The notes: a model not told the origin generated them from the sequence alone. A DNA stretch of 64,000 nucleotides from Bacteroidales bacterium (GCA_024400785.1 JAKSME010000002.1:9598-73597), one strand, 5' to 3'; shown: positions 27,591 to 36,046, numbered from the stretch's first letter. Made by a program: numbers and translations.

Positions 27591-27598
27591 TATTTTTG
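27591..27598 (+). promoter_or_regulatory. -7 promoter box TATTTTTG of fic
   Basis: TTGTATTTTTGCAC, 20 nt upstream of the ATG at 27618. Confidence 0.6.
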
Positions 27599-27617
27599 CA
27601 CTTTCAAAAAAAGGACT

Positions 27618-28733
27618 ATGAGAAATATATACATTTGGCAATCTCCCGAATGGCCAAACTTCACTTGGGATGAAACTGCCATAATAGAGCCGCTAATGAA
27701 AGTCAAACATTTTCAAGGGCAACTGATTGGAATGATGACAGCCCTTGGATTAGAGGTGCAGGCAGCGACTTCATTGGATATGGTAACAGACGACATCATC
27801 AAGTCGTGTGAAATCGAGGGTATGATTCTCAACTCACAAAGTGTGCATTCTTCTGTTGCGCGACATTTGGGAATTCCAACCGAAGGTTTGCCGGAAAGTG
27901 ATCATTACACCGAAGATCTTGTGCAAATTATGATTGATGCTGTTCAGCAGAGCCAAAAGCCCATGGATGCCGAGCGTTTGTTTGTTTGGCATTCAGCCAT
28001 GTTTCCAACCGGTAGAAGCGGATTGTATAGAATAACCGTTGGTAATTGGAGGCAAGGGGGAGAACCCATGCAAGTAGTGTCTGGGGCAATGGGACATGAA
28101 GTGGTACACTACGAAGCACCTGGTTCTGAAGCTGTTCCGCAAATGATGAATGATTTTCTAAGTTGGGTGGAGAATAAAGAAATAACTATCGATCCCATAT
28201 TAAAGGCAGGGATAGCACATTTATGGTTCGTCGCCATACATCCGTTTGATGATGGCAACGGACGTCTAACCCGCATCATTACCGATATGTTGATGGCTCG
28301 TGCGGATGGCTGGTCGCACAGATTTTACAGTATGTCGAAAACCATCTGCAAAAACAAAAAAGAGTATTACGCCATATTAGAAAAGACAACAGTAGGAAAT
28401 ACCGATATTACAGAATGGTTATTATGGTTTCTTGAAACATTACTCATTTCCATAAAAGACTCCATTAAAACTTCAGAAAAAACCATTCAGAAAATGCAAT
28501 TTTGGCAAAGACATCGGAATGTGCCGATGAATGAACGACAAGTGAAAATGGTCAATATCCTTTGGGATGGTTTTGAAGGCAACCTCACCAATGCGAAATG
28601 GGCAAAAATCACCAAAACCTCTTCATCAACGGCGCTGCGTGACATCCAGGAATTGGTTTCCCTTGGTGTTCTTGATGTAGCAGAAAGTGGTGGAAGAAGC
28701 ACACATTACATTCTTTCCATCGAAGACAAATAA
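27618..28733 (+). CDS. Fic family protein (class II, with N-terminal inhibitory motif and C-terminal wHTH-like domain)
   Basis: Core motif HPFDDGNGRLTR = HxFx(D/E)GNGRxxR. Upstream SCEIEG fits (S/T)xxxE(G/N). Start moved to the ATG at 27618 (MRNIYIWQ...), downstream of the promoter box. Confidence 0.9.
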   Translation: MRNIYIWQSPEWPNFTWDETAIIEPLMKVKHFQGQLIGMMTALGLEVQAATSLDMVTDDIIKSCEIEGMILNSQSVHSSVARHLGIPTEGLPESDHYTEDLVQIMIDAVQQSQKPMDAERLFVWHSAMFPTGRSGLYRITVGNWRQGGEPMQVVSGAMGHEVVHYEAPGSEAVPQMMNDFLSWVENKEITIDPILKAGIAHLWFVAIHPFDDGNGRLTRIITDMLMARADGWSHRFYSMSKTICKNKKEYYAILEKTTVGNTDITEWLLWFLETLLISIKDSIKTSEKTIQKMQFWQRHRNVPMNERQVKMVNILWDGFEGNLTNAKWAKITKTSSSTALRDIQELVSLGVLDVAESGGRSTHYILSIEDK

Positions 28734-28734
28734 T

Positions 28735-28832
28735 CTCACAAAAAAAGCCCGAGGTGCTGCCTCGGGCTTTACTTTTATCCATGCTTAATTACTTTCTCAC
28801 ACACTGCATAATGCTGTGGCCCAAGCCCAAAC
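28735..28832. repeat. right copy of the ~97-bp direct repeat
   Basis: Begins 1 nt after the fic stop codon. Contains the hairpin and the true 3' end of the methyltransferase gene. Confidence 0.9.
28747..28767. terminator. bidirectional hairpin terminator between convergent fic and methyltransferase genes
   Basis: GCCCGAGG-TGCTG-CCTCGGGC, a perfect 8-bp stem, flanked by A7 on the left and TTTACTTTT on the right. Confidence 0.7.
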
Positions 28833-29871
28833 CGTCGTGGACGGTTTCGATTTTCAGTCCGACGCTCTCGACACAGCGGGCCATGTCATCATAATAGTAC
28901 ATTTTGCTGTTTCCGTTGGCGAGTGCGGTGAAATAGAGACTGATTTGCGCCAAGCAATAGGAAGCCGTTTCGAAACGTTGGCGGTCCCAGAAGGTTTCCA
29001 TGATGTAGAGCTTGCTGTCGACACCCATGGATTGTGCGGCGCGGCGCAGGATGCTACATACCTGTTCCTCTGAAAAACAGTCCAAAAACTGGCTCATCCA
29101 GATGGCATCGAAGCCTGTCGGGAAAGCGGTGGCTTCGTCCAACAGATTGCCACCGTAGCCGTGAATGCGGTCGGCTCCTTCCAAACCGGCGGTGGATTTG
29201 CGCATCATTTCCAACTGCTGCGGAAGGTCCATAATGGTGACATTCACCATTTTATCAAATTTTACACATTGACTGGCCCAACGACCGGTATTACCGCCCA
29301 CATCCAACAGTGTGCGCGGTTGGTTGGCAAAGACAATCTGCAGCGCCTGCTCGAAGGAATTGTCGGAATAAAAATGGTCGAAACCGAACCAACTTTTCTG
29401 CACCTGTGGCGGCAACTGCGACAAACCTTCATAAATGGTCGGCCAAGTGCCAAACACCTTCAAACCTTCCGGCTTGCCGTTCAAAATGGCCTCTTCCAAG
29501 TTAAAAAGTCCCAAATAGTTGACATCGTGGTTAAAGTCCATGTTGACGCGAGCCATGTCGTCGTGCAACAAGAACCAACCCGGCTTTGCCAGATAGAACT
29601 TATTATTTTTCAATAAAACAGTTCCGATGGTAAGTGACGATTCCAGCAGAACTTGCGTTCCGTAATGCGACAAATTGGCCTTTTGGGCCACTTCGTCCAA
29701 GGTCAAACCCTCTTTGCAATCATCCAACATTTGGAAGATGCCGAATTTAACCATCAGGCGGGAGACTTGAAAAACGACAGGGCCGAAGGCGATTTCTTGA
29801 GCCAGGCGCTGTGCCTGCAAAGCTGTAAAGCGTTCTTTAGCGTAAATTTCTTTTTGTGGAGATGATAACAT
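28789..29871 (-). CDS. class I SAM-dependent O-methyltransferase (Methyltransf_2-like with N-terminal dimerisation/wHTH domain)
   Basis: 360 aa; SAM motif LLDVGGNTGRWA; N-terminal helix-rich domain (LTLDEVAQKANLSHYGTQVLLE). Confidence 0.75.
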   Translation of the reverse strand: MLSSPQKEIYAKERFTALQAQRLAQEIAFGPVVFQVSRLMVKFGIFQMLDDCKEGLTLDEVAQKANLSHYGTQVLLESSLTIGTVLLKNNKFYLAKPGWFLLHDDMARVNMDFNHDVNYLGLFNLEEAILNGKPEGLKVFGTWPTIYEGLSQLPPQVQKSWFGFDHFYSDNSFEQALQIVFANQPRTLLDVGGNTGRWASQCVKFDKMVNVTIMDLPQQLEMMRKSTAGLEGADRIHGYGGNLLDEATAFPTGFDAIWMSQFLDCFSEEQVCSILRRAAQSMGVDSKLYIMETFWDRQRFETASYCLAQISLYFTALANGNSKMYYYDDMARCVESVGLKIETVHDGLGLGHSIMQCVRK

Positions 29872-29943
29872 AGGCTAATAAAGGAAAAGGGGGAAACGAC
29901 ACTTATGAGTTTCGTTCCCTCCTTTTGTCATAATAATCTGATT

Positions 29944-31104
29944 TTAATTTTTCATTGCGGCGATGTCGCGGATGGCATCGATAGCGGTTTCAACATCTTT
30001 TTCGGTAGTGAAAGCTCCGATGCTGAAACGGACGGTACCATGAATGTCGATGGTGCCAAGGCCGACATGAACTTTGGGGGCGCAGTGCAGACCGATACGG
30101 CAGGCGATGTCGTAGTCAACATCGAGCATGGTGCCCACGTCGCTGGAATCCCAACCGTTAACATTGAAAGAGAGCACCGGGTTTTGATTTTCGGTGGAGG
30201 TTGCGCAGTAAATTTTCACGCCGTTGATGGTTTTGAGTCCGTCACGCAATTTTTCCCAAAGGGCCATTTCGCGGTTATGGATGTTCATGATTCCCTCTTT
30301 GGTGATCCATTTCACGCCGGCGTAGAGGCGAGCGACACCGAGAAGGTTGAGTGTGCCGGCTTCGAGGCGATAGGGGTATTCTTCGAGGTGGCCGGGAACG
30401 GCTGAACGAACGCCTGTGCCGCCGAAGCGGGTTTGACCGATGGTGATGCCTTCACGCACGTAAGAACCGCCAATACCGGTGGGTCCCATGAGACATTTAT
30501 GGCCAGTAAAGCAGTATACGTCAATATTTTGCGCTTGCATATCCAAATCAACAGCGCCTGCGCCCTGGCTACCGTCGACCACAAAAATGATGCCGTGGTC
30601 GTGGCAAATCTTACCGATTTCTGCCAGAGGTTGAATGGTACCGATGACATTGGAGCAGTGAGTACAAACCATGAATTTAGTGTTGGAGCGGATGGCATTT
30701 TTTACATCCTCCGGTCTAACATAGCCGCGTTCGTCGAACGGGAGGTATGTAACCTCGATTTGGCCGCGCTGTTCGAGGGTATAAAGCGGACGAAGCACGG
30801 AGTTGTGTTCCAACATGGTGGTGATTACGTGAGCGCCGGGGTTGGCGAGGGCAAGCCCCTGAATAATCATGTTAAGGGAGTCGGTTGCGTTATAGCTGAA
30901 AGTCAGACGGTTGAAATCGCCGCCACCGTTGAACAGGTTGGTAAGCATCTTACGGGTGTCTGAAACGAGCTCACCGGTTTCAATCGCAGCGTCAAAGCCG
31001 GAACGACCGGGGTTGACACCATGGGTGCGATAAAAATTGTTCATAAAATCATACACTTCCGTGGGTTTTGGGAAGGAGGTTGCGGAATTGTCTAAATAAA
31101 TCAT
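29944..31104 (-). CDS. aminotransferase class V / cysteine desulfurase family protein
   Basis: MIYLDNSATSFPKP N-terminus, PLP-lysine region FTGHKCLMGPTGIGG, and C-terminal RIGLHCAP resembling the SufS/CsdA-type active-site Cys loop. Confidence 0.85.
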   Translation of the reverse strand: MIYLDNSATSFPKPTEVYDFMNNFYRTHGVNPGRSGFDAAIETGELVSDTRKMLTNLFNGGGDFNRLTFSYNATDSLNMIIQGLALANPGAHVITTMLEHNSVLRPLYTLEQRGQIEVTYLPFDERGYVRPEDVKNAIRSNTKFMVCTHCSNVIGTIQPLAEIGKICHDHGIIFVVDGSQGAGAVDLDMQAQNIDVYCFTGHKCLMGPTGIGGSYVREGITIGQTRFGGTGVRSAVPGHLEEYPYRLEAGTLNLLGVARLYAGVKWITKEGIMNIHNREMALWEKLRDGLKTINGVKIYCATSTENQNPVLSFNVNGWDSSDVGTMLDVDYDIACRIGLHCAPKVHVGLGTIDIHGTVRFSIGAFTTEKDVETAIDAIRDIAAMKN

Positions 31105-31139
31105 ATCAGTGGATTTTGGTTGATTTCAAAATGGAGGCG

Positions 31140-31147
31140 CAAAAATA
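31140..31147 (-). promoter_or_regulatory. -7 promoter box TATTTTTG
   Basis: Complement of 31137-31150 reads TTGTATTTTTGCGC, ~35 nt upstream of the ATG at 31104. Confidence 0.6.
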
Positions 31148-31197
31148 CAAAATTGACGCCAAATTATGATTTTTTATGAATGAATAATGAAAGTTTT

Positions 31198-32064
31198 TTA
31201 GTTATCGGCAATTAATTTGAGCAGGTATTCTCCGTAGCCGCTTTTGCGCAAGGGTTCGGCGATTTCGCGCAATTTCTCTGCATTGATGAACCCCTGGCGA
31301 TAGGCGATTTCTTCGATACAGCCGACCATCAGGCCCTGGCGTTCTTCCACCACCTGTACAAACTGGGTGGCTTCGATGAGAGAGCGGAAAGTCCCGGTGT
31401 CGAGCCATGCGGTACCGCGGTCGATTTTGCAGACTTTCAATTTCTTGTGTTCCAAGTAGTAACGATTAACGTCTGTAATTTCATACTCGCCACGCGCACT
31501 GGGTTTGATGTTGGCGGCCACCTCCACGACAGAGTTGTCATAGAAATAGAGTCCGGGAACAGCGTAATTAGACTTGGGCTGTTTGGGTTTTTCTTCAATG
31601 GAAACGGCATTCATGTTGTTGTCGAACTCCACCACGCCATAGCGTTCGGGGTCGGAAACGTGGTAGGCGAAAACGATACCGCCGTCGGGGTCGTTGTTTT
31701 TATATAAGTTGTGTTCGAACTCGCTTCCGTAAAAGATATTGTCGCCGAGGACGAGGGCGACTTTGTCGTTTCCGATAAACTCGCGGCCGAGGACAAAGGC
31801 CTGGGCGAGACCATTGGGAACTTCTTGCACTTTGTACTCGAAACGGCAACCGATACGGCTTCCGTCTCCCAAAAGTCGTTCAAAATGAGGAAGGTCGGTT
31901 GGAGTGGAAATGATAAGGATTTCACGAATGCCCGCTGACAACAAAGTCGAAAGCGGATAATATATCATCGGTTTGTTATAAATGGGCATCAACTGTTTAC
32001 TCATTGCCAATGTGATGGGGTGTAAACGAGTACCTGCACCGCCCGCCAAAATGATTCCTTTCAT
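31198..32064 (-). CDS. rfbA: glucose-1-phosphate thymidylyltransferase
   Basis: [18 protein letters not shown]...LGDNIFYG...; ~288 aa from the ATG at 32064. The ORF-track extension to 32103 runs through the promoter box. Confidence 0.95.
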   Translation of the reverse strand: MKGIILAGGAGTRLHPITLAMSKQLMPIYNKPMIYYPLSTLLSAGIREILIISTPTDLPHFERLLGDGSRIGCRFEYKVQEVPNGLAQAFVLGREFIGNDKVALVLGDNIFYGSEFEHNLYKNNDPDGGIVFAYHVSDPERYGVVEFDNNMNAVSIEEKPKQPKSNYAVPGLYFYDNSVVEVAANIKPSARGEYEITDVNRYYLEHKKLKVCKIDRGTAWLDTGTFRSLIEATQFVQVVEERQGLMVGCIEEIAYRQGFINAEKLREIAEPLRKSGYGEYLLKLIADN

Positions 32065-32092
32065 ACAATTACTAATTTGAAATTTCGAGGTG

Positions 32093-32100
32093 CAAACGTA
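32093..32100 (-). promoter_or_regulatory. -7 promoter box TACGTTTG of rfbA
   Basis: Complement reads TGTACGTTTGCAC, 28 nt upstream of the ATG at 32064. Confidence 0.6.
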
Positions 32101-32136
32101 CAAATATTTTCACTTTTTTACAAGCTAAAAATGTTG

Positions 32137-32144
32137 TACTTTTG
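32137..32144 (+). promoter_or_regulatory. -7 promoter box TACTTTTG of the Hdr-like operon
   Basis: GTTGTACTTTTGCAC, 25 nt upstream of the ATG at 32170; divergent from the rfbA promoter. Confidence 0.6.
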
Positions 32145-32169
32145 CACTTGATTTTTCTAATAAAAAATC

Positions 32170-32772
32170 ATGGGAAATCTTTACAATTTACTCTCACAGG
32201 ACAGCCGTTTCAACGGAGCTTTAAAGGCCTGTATGAATTGCGGGATTTGCACTGCGATTTGTCCGGCAGCTGAATTTTTTGATTACGACCCGCGCCGCAT
32301 CTGCGACACGGTACAACGCAAAGACGAGAACGCCATCGAGGAATTGATGCGCTCGGAGGTCATTTGGGCGTGCGGCCAATGTTTGTCATGCAAAGCGCGC
32401 TGTCCCCGTGGAAACGCTCCTGGAGAAATCATCCTGATTCTCCGCAAATACGCGCAACAACTCGGTTATTTCAACGAGCATATCAAAGAACAACAACGCC
32501 GCATGGCCGCTGTTCAAGGCAACAACATTCTGCAAACGGGTTACTGCGTCCATCCCGACTTGGTGACCCCGGAAATGCACCCCGAACAAGGTCCGATTTG
32601 GGAATGGTATGTGGAAAACATCATCGACATAGCGCCCAAACTCGGTGCCAACTACCACGGAGAGGGCCCTGGCGCACTCCGCGAAATCCATCAGAAAAAT
32701 CTTGAAGAAATCCGCAAAATTTACGAAGTCACCGGAGGCATGGACCTCCACCACCTCTTGCTTGAAGACTGA
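32170..32772 (+). CDS. HdrC-like 4Fe-4S dicluster protein
   Basis: CMNCGICTAICP ... CGQCLSCKARCP, two ferredoxin-type cluster motifs with the long spacer typical of HdrC/SdhB-C-terminal-like proteins; 200 aa. Confidence 0.7.
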   Translation: MGNLYNLLSQDSRFNGALKACMNCGICTAICPAAEFFDYDPRRICDTVQRKDENAIEELMRSEVIWACGQCLSCKARCPRGNAPGEIILILRKYAQQLGYFNEHIKEQQRRMAAVQGNNILQTGYCVHPDLVTPEMHPEQGPIWEWYVENIIDIAPKLGANYHGEGPGALREIHQKNLEEIRKIYEVTGGMDLHHLLLED

Positions 32773-32802
32773 TATCTTTTTCTAACCCAAACTATTTATA
32801 AT

Positions 32803-33132
32803 ATGATAAATTTCGGTTATAGTATCGCGCCGACGCGAGTTGTAAACCTCGACAACTGCGATTTTGACAAATTGCAACAGTTGGAACGAATCGTTCCTTC
32901 TTTTAAAAGATGTATCAACTGTGGTGCCTGCACCGCCACTTGCAGCGCGCAACAGTTCACCCATTTCAATATCAGAAAAATCAAATCCTTATTTCAAGAA
33001 GCACAATATGAAAAGTTGGCCAAAGAGCTCGACAAGTGCATGTTGTGCGGCAAATGCACGCTGGTTTGTCCGCGCGGACTGAACCTGCGTCCCATCATTA
33101 TGAATATGAGGAAAATTCTCAATACAAAATAA
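32803..33132 (+). CDS. small HdrC-like 4Fe-4S dicluster protein
   Basis: CINCGACTATCS ... CMLCGKCTLVCP; 109 aa. Confidence 0.6.
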   Translation: MINFGYSIAPTRVVNLDNCDFDKLQQLERIVPSFKRCINCGACTATCSAQQFTHFNIRKIKSLFQEAQYEKLAKELDKCMLCGKCTLVCPRGLNLRPIIMNMRKILNTK

Positions 33133-33137
33133 TCGCC

Positions 33138-34919
33138 ATGGACAACTACTTTCATCCTTTTGTCATTCCGTTTGTATTGGGAGCCATATTTCTTTTTGGG
33201 ATCTGTATATGGAAATATGTACGTTGGTTCAAACATTTCGACCGCTTGCAACGGGCTGTCATCCGGAAAAACATTTTCTCCTGGAAATTCATTCCAGCGG
33301 TATGGGAAGTGATTCGCGAAGGACTTTTGCACATCCGCATTTCGCGTAAAAATCTGATACTTGGCTACATGCACCGGAGCATCGCTTTCGGTTGGGCTTT
33401 GCTCATCATCGTGGGTTTTGTAGAAAGTCGCCTAACGCCCACCATCGATGGCTCGCATCCGTTCTGGATGGCCATCTTCTACCGGTTCTTCTTCCATTCG
33501 CACGGCACCTTTGCTGGTGCCCATGTGCTGACCGCCATCATGGATTTTCTCTTGCTGTATGTGTTGTCGGGCATTCTGTTGGCAGTCATCAAGAAATGTT
33601 ATTCCAAGGCCTTAGGAATGAAAAAGGCCACCAAGCATGTTGTTTTCGACCGCTTTGCCAAGGCTTCCTTGTGGTGCATTTTCCCATTCCGACTGCTAAG
33701 TGAATCTCTCACTGCCTGCATTTATCACAACGGCGGATTTTTCACCCAATTCATCGGAAACCTCATCCCGACCGAATTTGCACTCACCTTTGAAATGACG
33801 TCATGGACGCTCTATTCTTTTGCGTTAGGCACCTTCTTCGTCTCGCTTCCATTCTCGCGCTACATGCATATTTTTACAGAAATGGTACTCATTTTCTTCC
33901 GGGAATGGGGCGTGCGCGAAAAACACGAACGCACCGGTTACACCATGTACGAACTGAGTGCCTGTTCGCGCTGCGGTATGTGCATCGACAACTGTCCGTT
34001 AAATAAAGAGCTGGGTATCAACAATGTACAGTCTGTTTATTTTCTAAGGGATTTGCGTTACAAAAAGAACAAACCAGAAATTGCCGACAACTGTTTGATG
34101 TGTGCACGCTGTGCCTCCGACTGTCCGGTGAATATTGACTTGATGGCCATCCGCCAACAGGAACGCAACAAACGGAATTTCGACACCGAGGGCAATTACC
34201 ACTATCTCGACAATGTTCAACCCTTCAATGCAATTGGACGTATCGGCTACTTCGGCGGGTGTATGTCGCACCTCACTCCCGGCATTACGGAATCAATGAA
34301 AACCATCTTCGAAGTCGCCGGACAGCGTTACTGGTTCATGGACGAAGACCGCTCCATCTGCTGCGGCCGTCCGCTGCTGCAACAAGGCTACAACCAACAA
34401 GCTGCCGAGTTGCGCCGCAAACTTACCGAACTGATAAAGAAGTCGAAAGTCACCATGCTGGTCACCTCCTGCCCCATCTGCTATCAAACTTTCAAAAAGG
34501 ATTACAAACTCAACATCCCGGTCATCCATCACACCGAATACCTCAACATGCTCATCAAGAGCGGCCTTATCAAAGTCCGCATGGACGATCTGAAAACCGT
34601 TTACCACGATCCGTGTGAGCTGGGAAGGGGTTGCGGCATTTACAAAGAGCCGCGTCAGGTATTGCAAGCCACCACGCATCTTGTCAAAGCCAAACAGGAA
34701 GGCGAAGACAGTTTGTGCTGCGGCATCAACCTGGGCGACACACTTATTGACATCAACCAGCAGAAAAAAATCCGCGATGCGGCAGTGGAAAACCTCATGC
34801 ACAGAAAACCCGACTTGATTGCCACCGCCTGTCCGATGTGCAAGAAAGCTTTTGTTCATTCCACTACGTTGCCGGTGAAAGATATTGCGGAGATTGTGAG
34901 GGAGAATCTGAGAAGTTAG
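33138..34919 (+). CDS. membrane-anchored (Fe-S)-binding protein: NarI/DsrM-like TM domain fused to an HdrD/DsrK-like domain
   Basis: Start at the ATG at 33138 (MDNYFHPF...). About 6 TM helices with conserved His (YMHRS, FHSHG, SRYMHIF). Then CSRCGMCIDNCP and CLMCARCASDCP, then two complete CCG domains (GGCMSH...ICCGRP...SCPICY; HDPCELGRGCG...LCCGIN...ACPMCK). Confidence 0.7.
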   Translation: MDNYFHPFVIPFVLGAIFLFGICIWKYVRWFKHFDRLQRAVIRKNIFSWKFIPAVWEVIREGLLHIRISRKNLILGYMHRSIAFGWALLIIVGFVESRLTPTIDGSHPFWMAIFYRFFFHSHGTFAGAHVLTAIMDFLLLYVLSGILLAVIKKCYSKALGMKKATKHVVFDRFAKASLWCIFPFRLLSESLTACIYHNGGFFTQFIGNLIPTEFALTFEMTSWTLYSFALGTFFVSLPFSRYMHIFTEMVLIFFREWGVREKHERTGYTMYELSACSRCGMCIDNCPLNKELGINNVQSVYFLRDLRYKKNKPEIADNCLMCARCASDCPVNIDLMAIRQQERNKRNFDTEGNYHYLDNVQPFNAIGRIGYFGGCMSHLTPGITESMKTIFEVAGQRYWFMDEDRSICCGRPLLQQGYNQQAAELRRKLTELIKKSKVTMLVTSCPICYQTFKKDYKLNIPVIHHTEYLNMLIKSGLIKVRMDDLKTVYHDPCELGRGCGIYKEPRQVLQATTHLVKAKQEGEDSLCCGINLGDTLIDINQQKKIRDAAVENLMHRKPDLIATACPMCKKAFVHSTTLPVKDIAEIVRENLRS

Positions 34920-34961
34920 TGGAAGGTTAGTGGAAGTTCGTGGAAAGGTGAAAGAGTGGAA
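34919..34961 (+). repeat. GTGGAA/GTGAAA hexamer array 1
   Basis: GTGGAA at 34919, 34930, 34940 and 34956; GTGAAA at 34948. Starts on the last base of the upstream stop codon and ends 27 nt before the next ATG. Confidence 0.85.
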
Positions 34962-34987
34962 ACGAGAAAAAATTAGAATAAAAAAAT

Positions 34988-36043
34988 ATGACAAAGAGAT
35001 TTTGGAACGAGTATCAGAAGGAGATTGCAGACGACCATTTTTTCTATGAAAGGAGCTGCATCCGGCAGACTTTTTTCCCAGGGTCGGAGACGGCGTTTTT
35101 GCGCATCATGCGTGAGGAATTGCACAAAGACATCCGTGATGAGGCGAACCAGCACACCTGCACCGGCATCGGTTATCACAGCGACTTTGTGCCGTTGGAA
35201 ACCACGATGACGGTGGTGGCCCGCCTGTTTTCTCTGATGACAGAAGCGGGTTATACCAACTACGTTCCCTCTTGTGTCACCTCCTTCGGCATTTTTTCAG
35301 AAATGTTAGAAATGTGGAAAGAAGACCCCGCACTGTTGGAACAGACCCGCCAATATCTGCGCAAGGCCACCGGCCGCGAGTTCGAGGTCCCCACCAATCT
35401 GGTACATCCTTCCGACATCATCTACAAATTCCGCGAGGAGTTGAAGCAGAACATGAAATACCAACTGGTGAACCGTTTTACGGGCAAACCGTTAAAGGTG
35501 GTGGAACATGTGGGCTGTCACTATGCCAAAATATTTCCAGAGCAAGGCATTGGCAAATCGGAATTTCCGCACGTTCTGGCCGGCATGATTGAATCGTGGG
35601 GCGGCGAAGTGGTCGACTACCCGGAACGCCGCCACTGCTGCGGCTTCGGCTTCCGACACTACTTGTTGCAAGAAAACCGCGGCTACTCTGTCGCCAACTC
35701 CAAAAAGAAGTTCGAATCCATGGAACCCTACGAACCCGACTTCATCGTTTGCAACTGCCCCGGATGTACCATGTTCATGGACAAATGGCAGTACACCATC
35801 GCGGAAATGGAAAATAAAACCTACGACCGCGACGGCTACGGAATCCCCGTGCTTACATACGAAGAAATGGCCGGTCTGCTCCTCGGCTACAACCCGTGGG
35901 AACTCGGTCTGCAAATTCACCAAGTACAGTCAGAAAAACTAATGGACAAGATTGGCATCAAGTACGACCCTGATGAGAAATATCGTGGAGTGAATGGAAA
36001 AATCCTTCCCAAACCGCACAAACCAAGTTTCTTGAAACAGTGA
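34988..36043 (+). CDS. HdrB-like CCG-domain protein
   Basis: 351 aa. Degenerate first CCG domain (CIRQ...HTCTGIG...SCVTSF) and a complete second one (GCHYAK...HCCGFGF...CNCPGC). Confidence 0.7.
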   Translation: MTKRFWNEYQKEIADDHFFYERSCIRQTFFPGSETAFLRIMREELHKDIRDEANQHTCTGIGYHSDFVPLETTMTVVARLFSLMTEAGYTNYVPSCVTSFGIFSEMLEMWKEDPALLEQTRQYLRKATGREFEVPTNLVHPSDIIYKFREELKQNMKYQLVNRFTGKPLKVVEHVGCHYAKIFPEQGIGKSEFPHVLAGMIESWGGEVVDYPERRHCCGFGFRHYLLQENRGYSVANSKKKFESMEPYEPDFIVCNCPGCTMFMDKWQYTIAEMENKTYDRDGYGIPVLTYEEMAGLLLGYNPWELGLQIHQVQSEKLMDKIGIKYDPDEKYRGVNGKILPKPHKPSFLKQ

Positions 36044-36046
36044 TTG

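Larger units (their letters stand above)
27344..28832. mobile_element. putative repeat-flanked (att-like) insertion carrying a fic gene; no recombinase
   Basis: A 1,294-bp unique segment (AT-rich leader, inverted-repeat operator-like site, promoter, fic) lies between the two ~97-bp direct repeats, next to tRNA-Gly. Confidence 0.4.

Noticed and set aside
29872-29943. An imperfect hairpin (GGGAAACGA...TCGTTCCC) between the aminotransferase and methyltransferase genes, considered as a riboswitch or attenuator.
   Set aside because: The stem is short and bulged, with no conserved riboswitch-like core that I recognise. An intercistronic terminator or stability hairpin explains it adequately.
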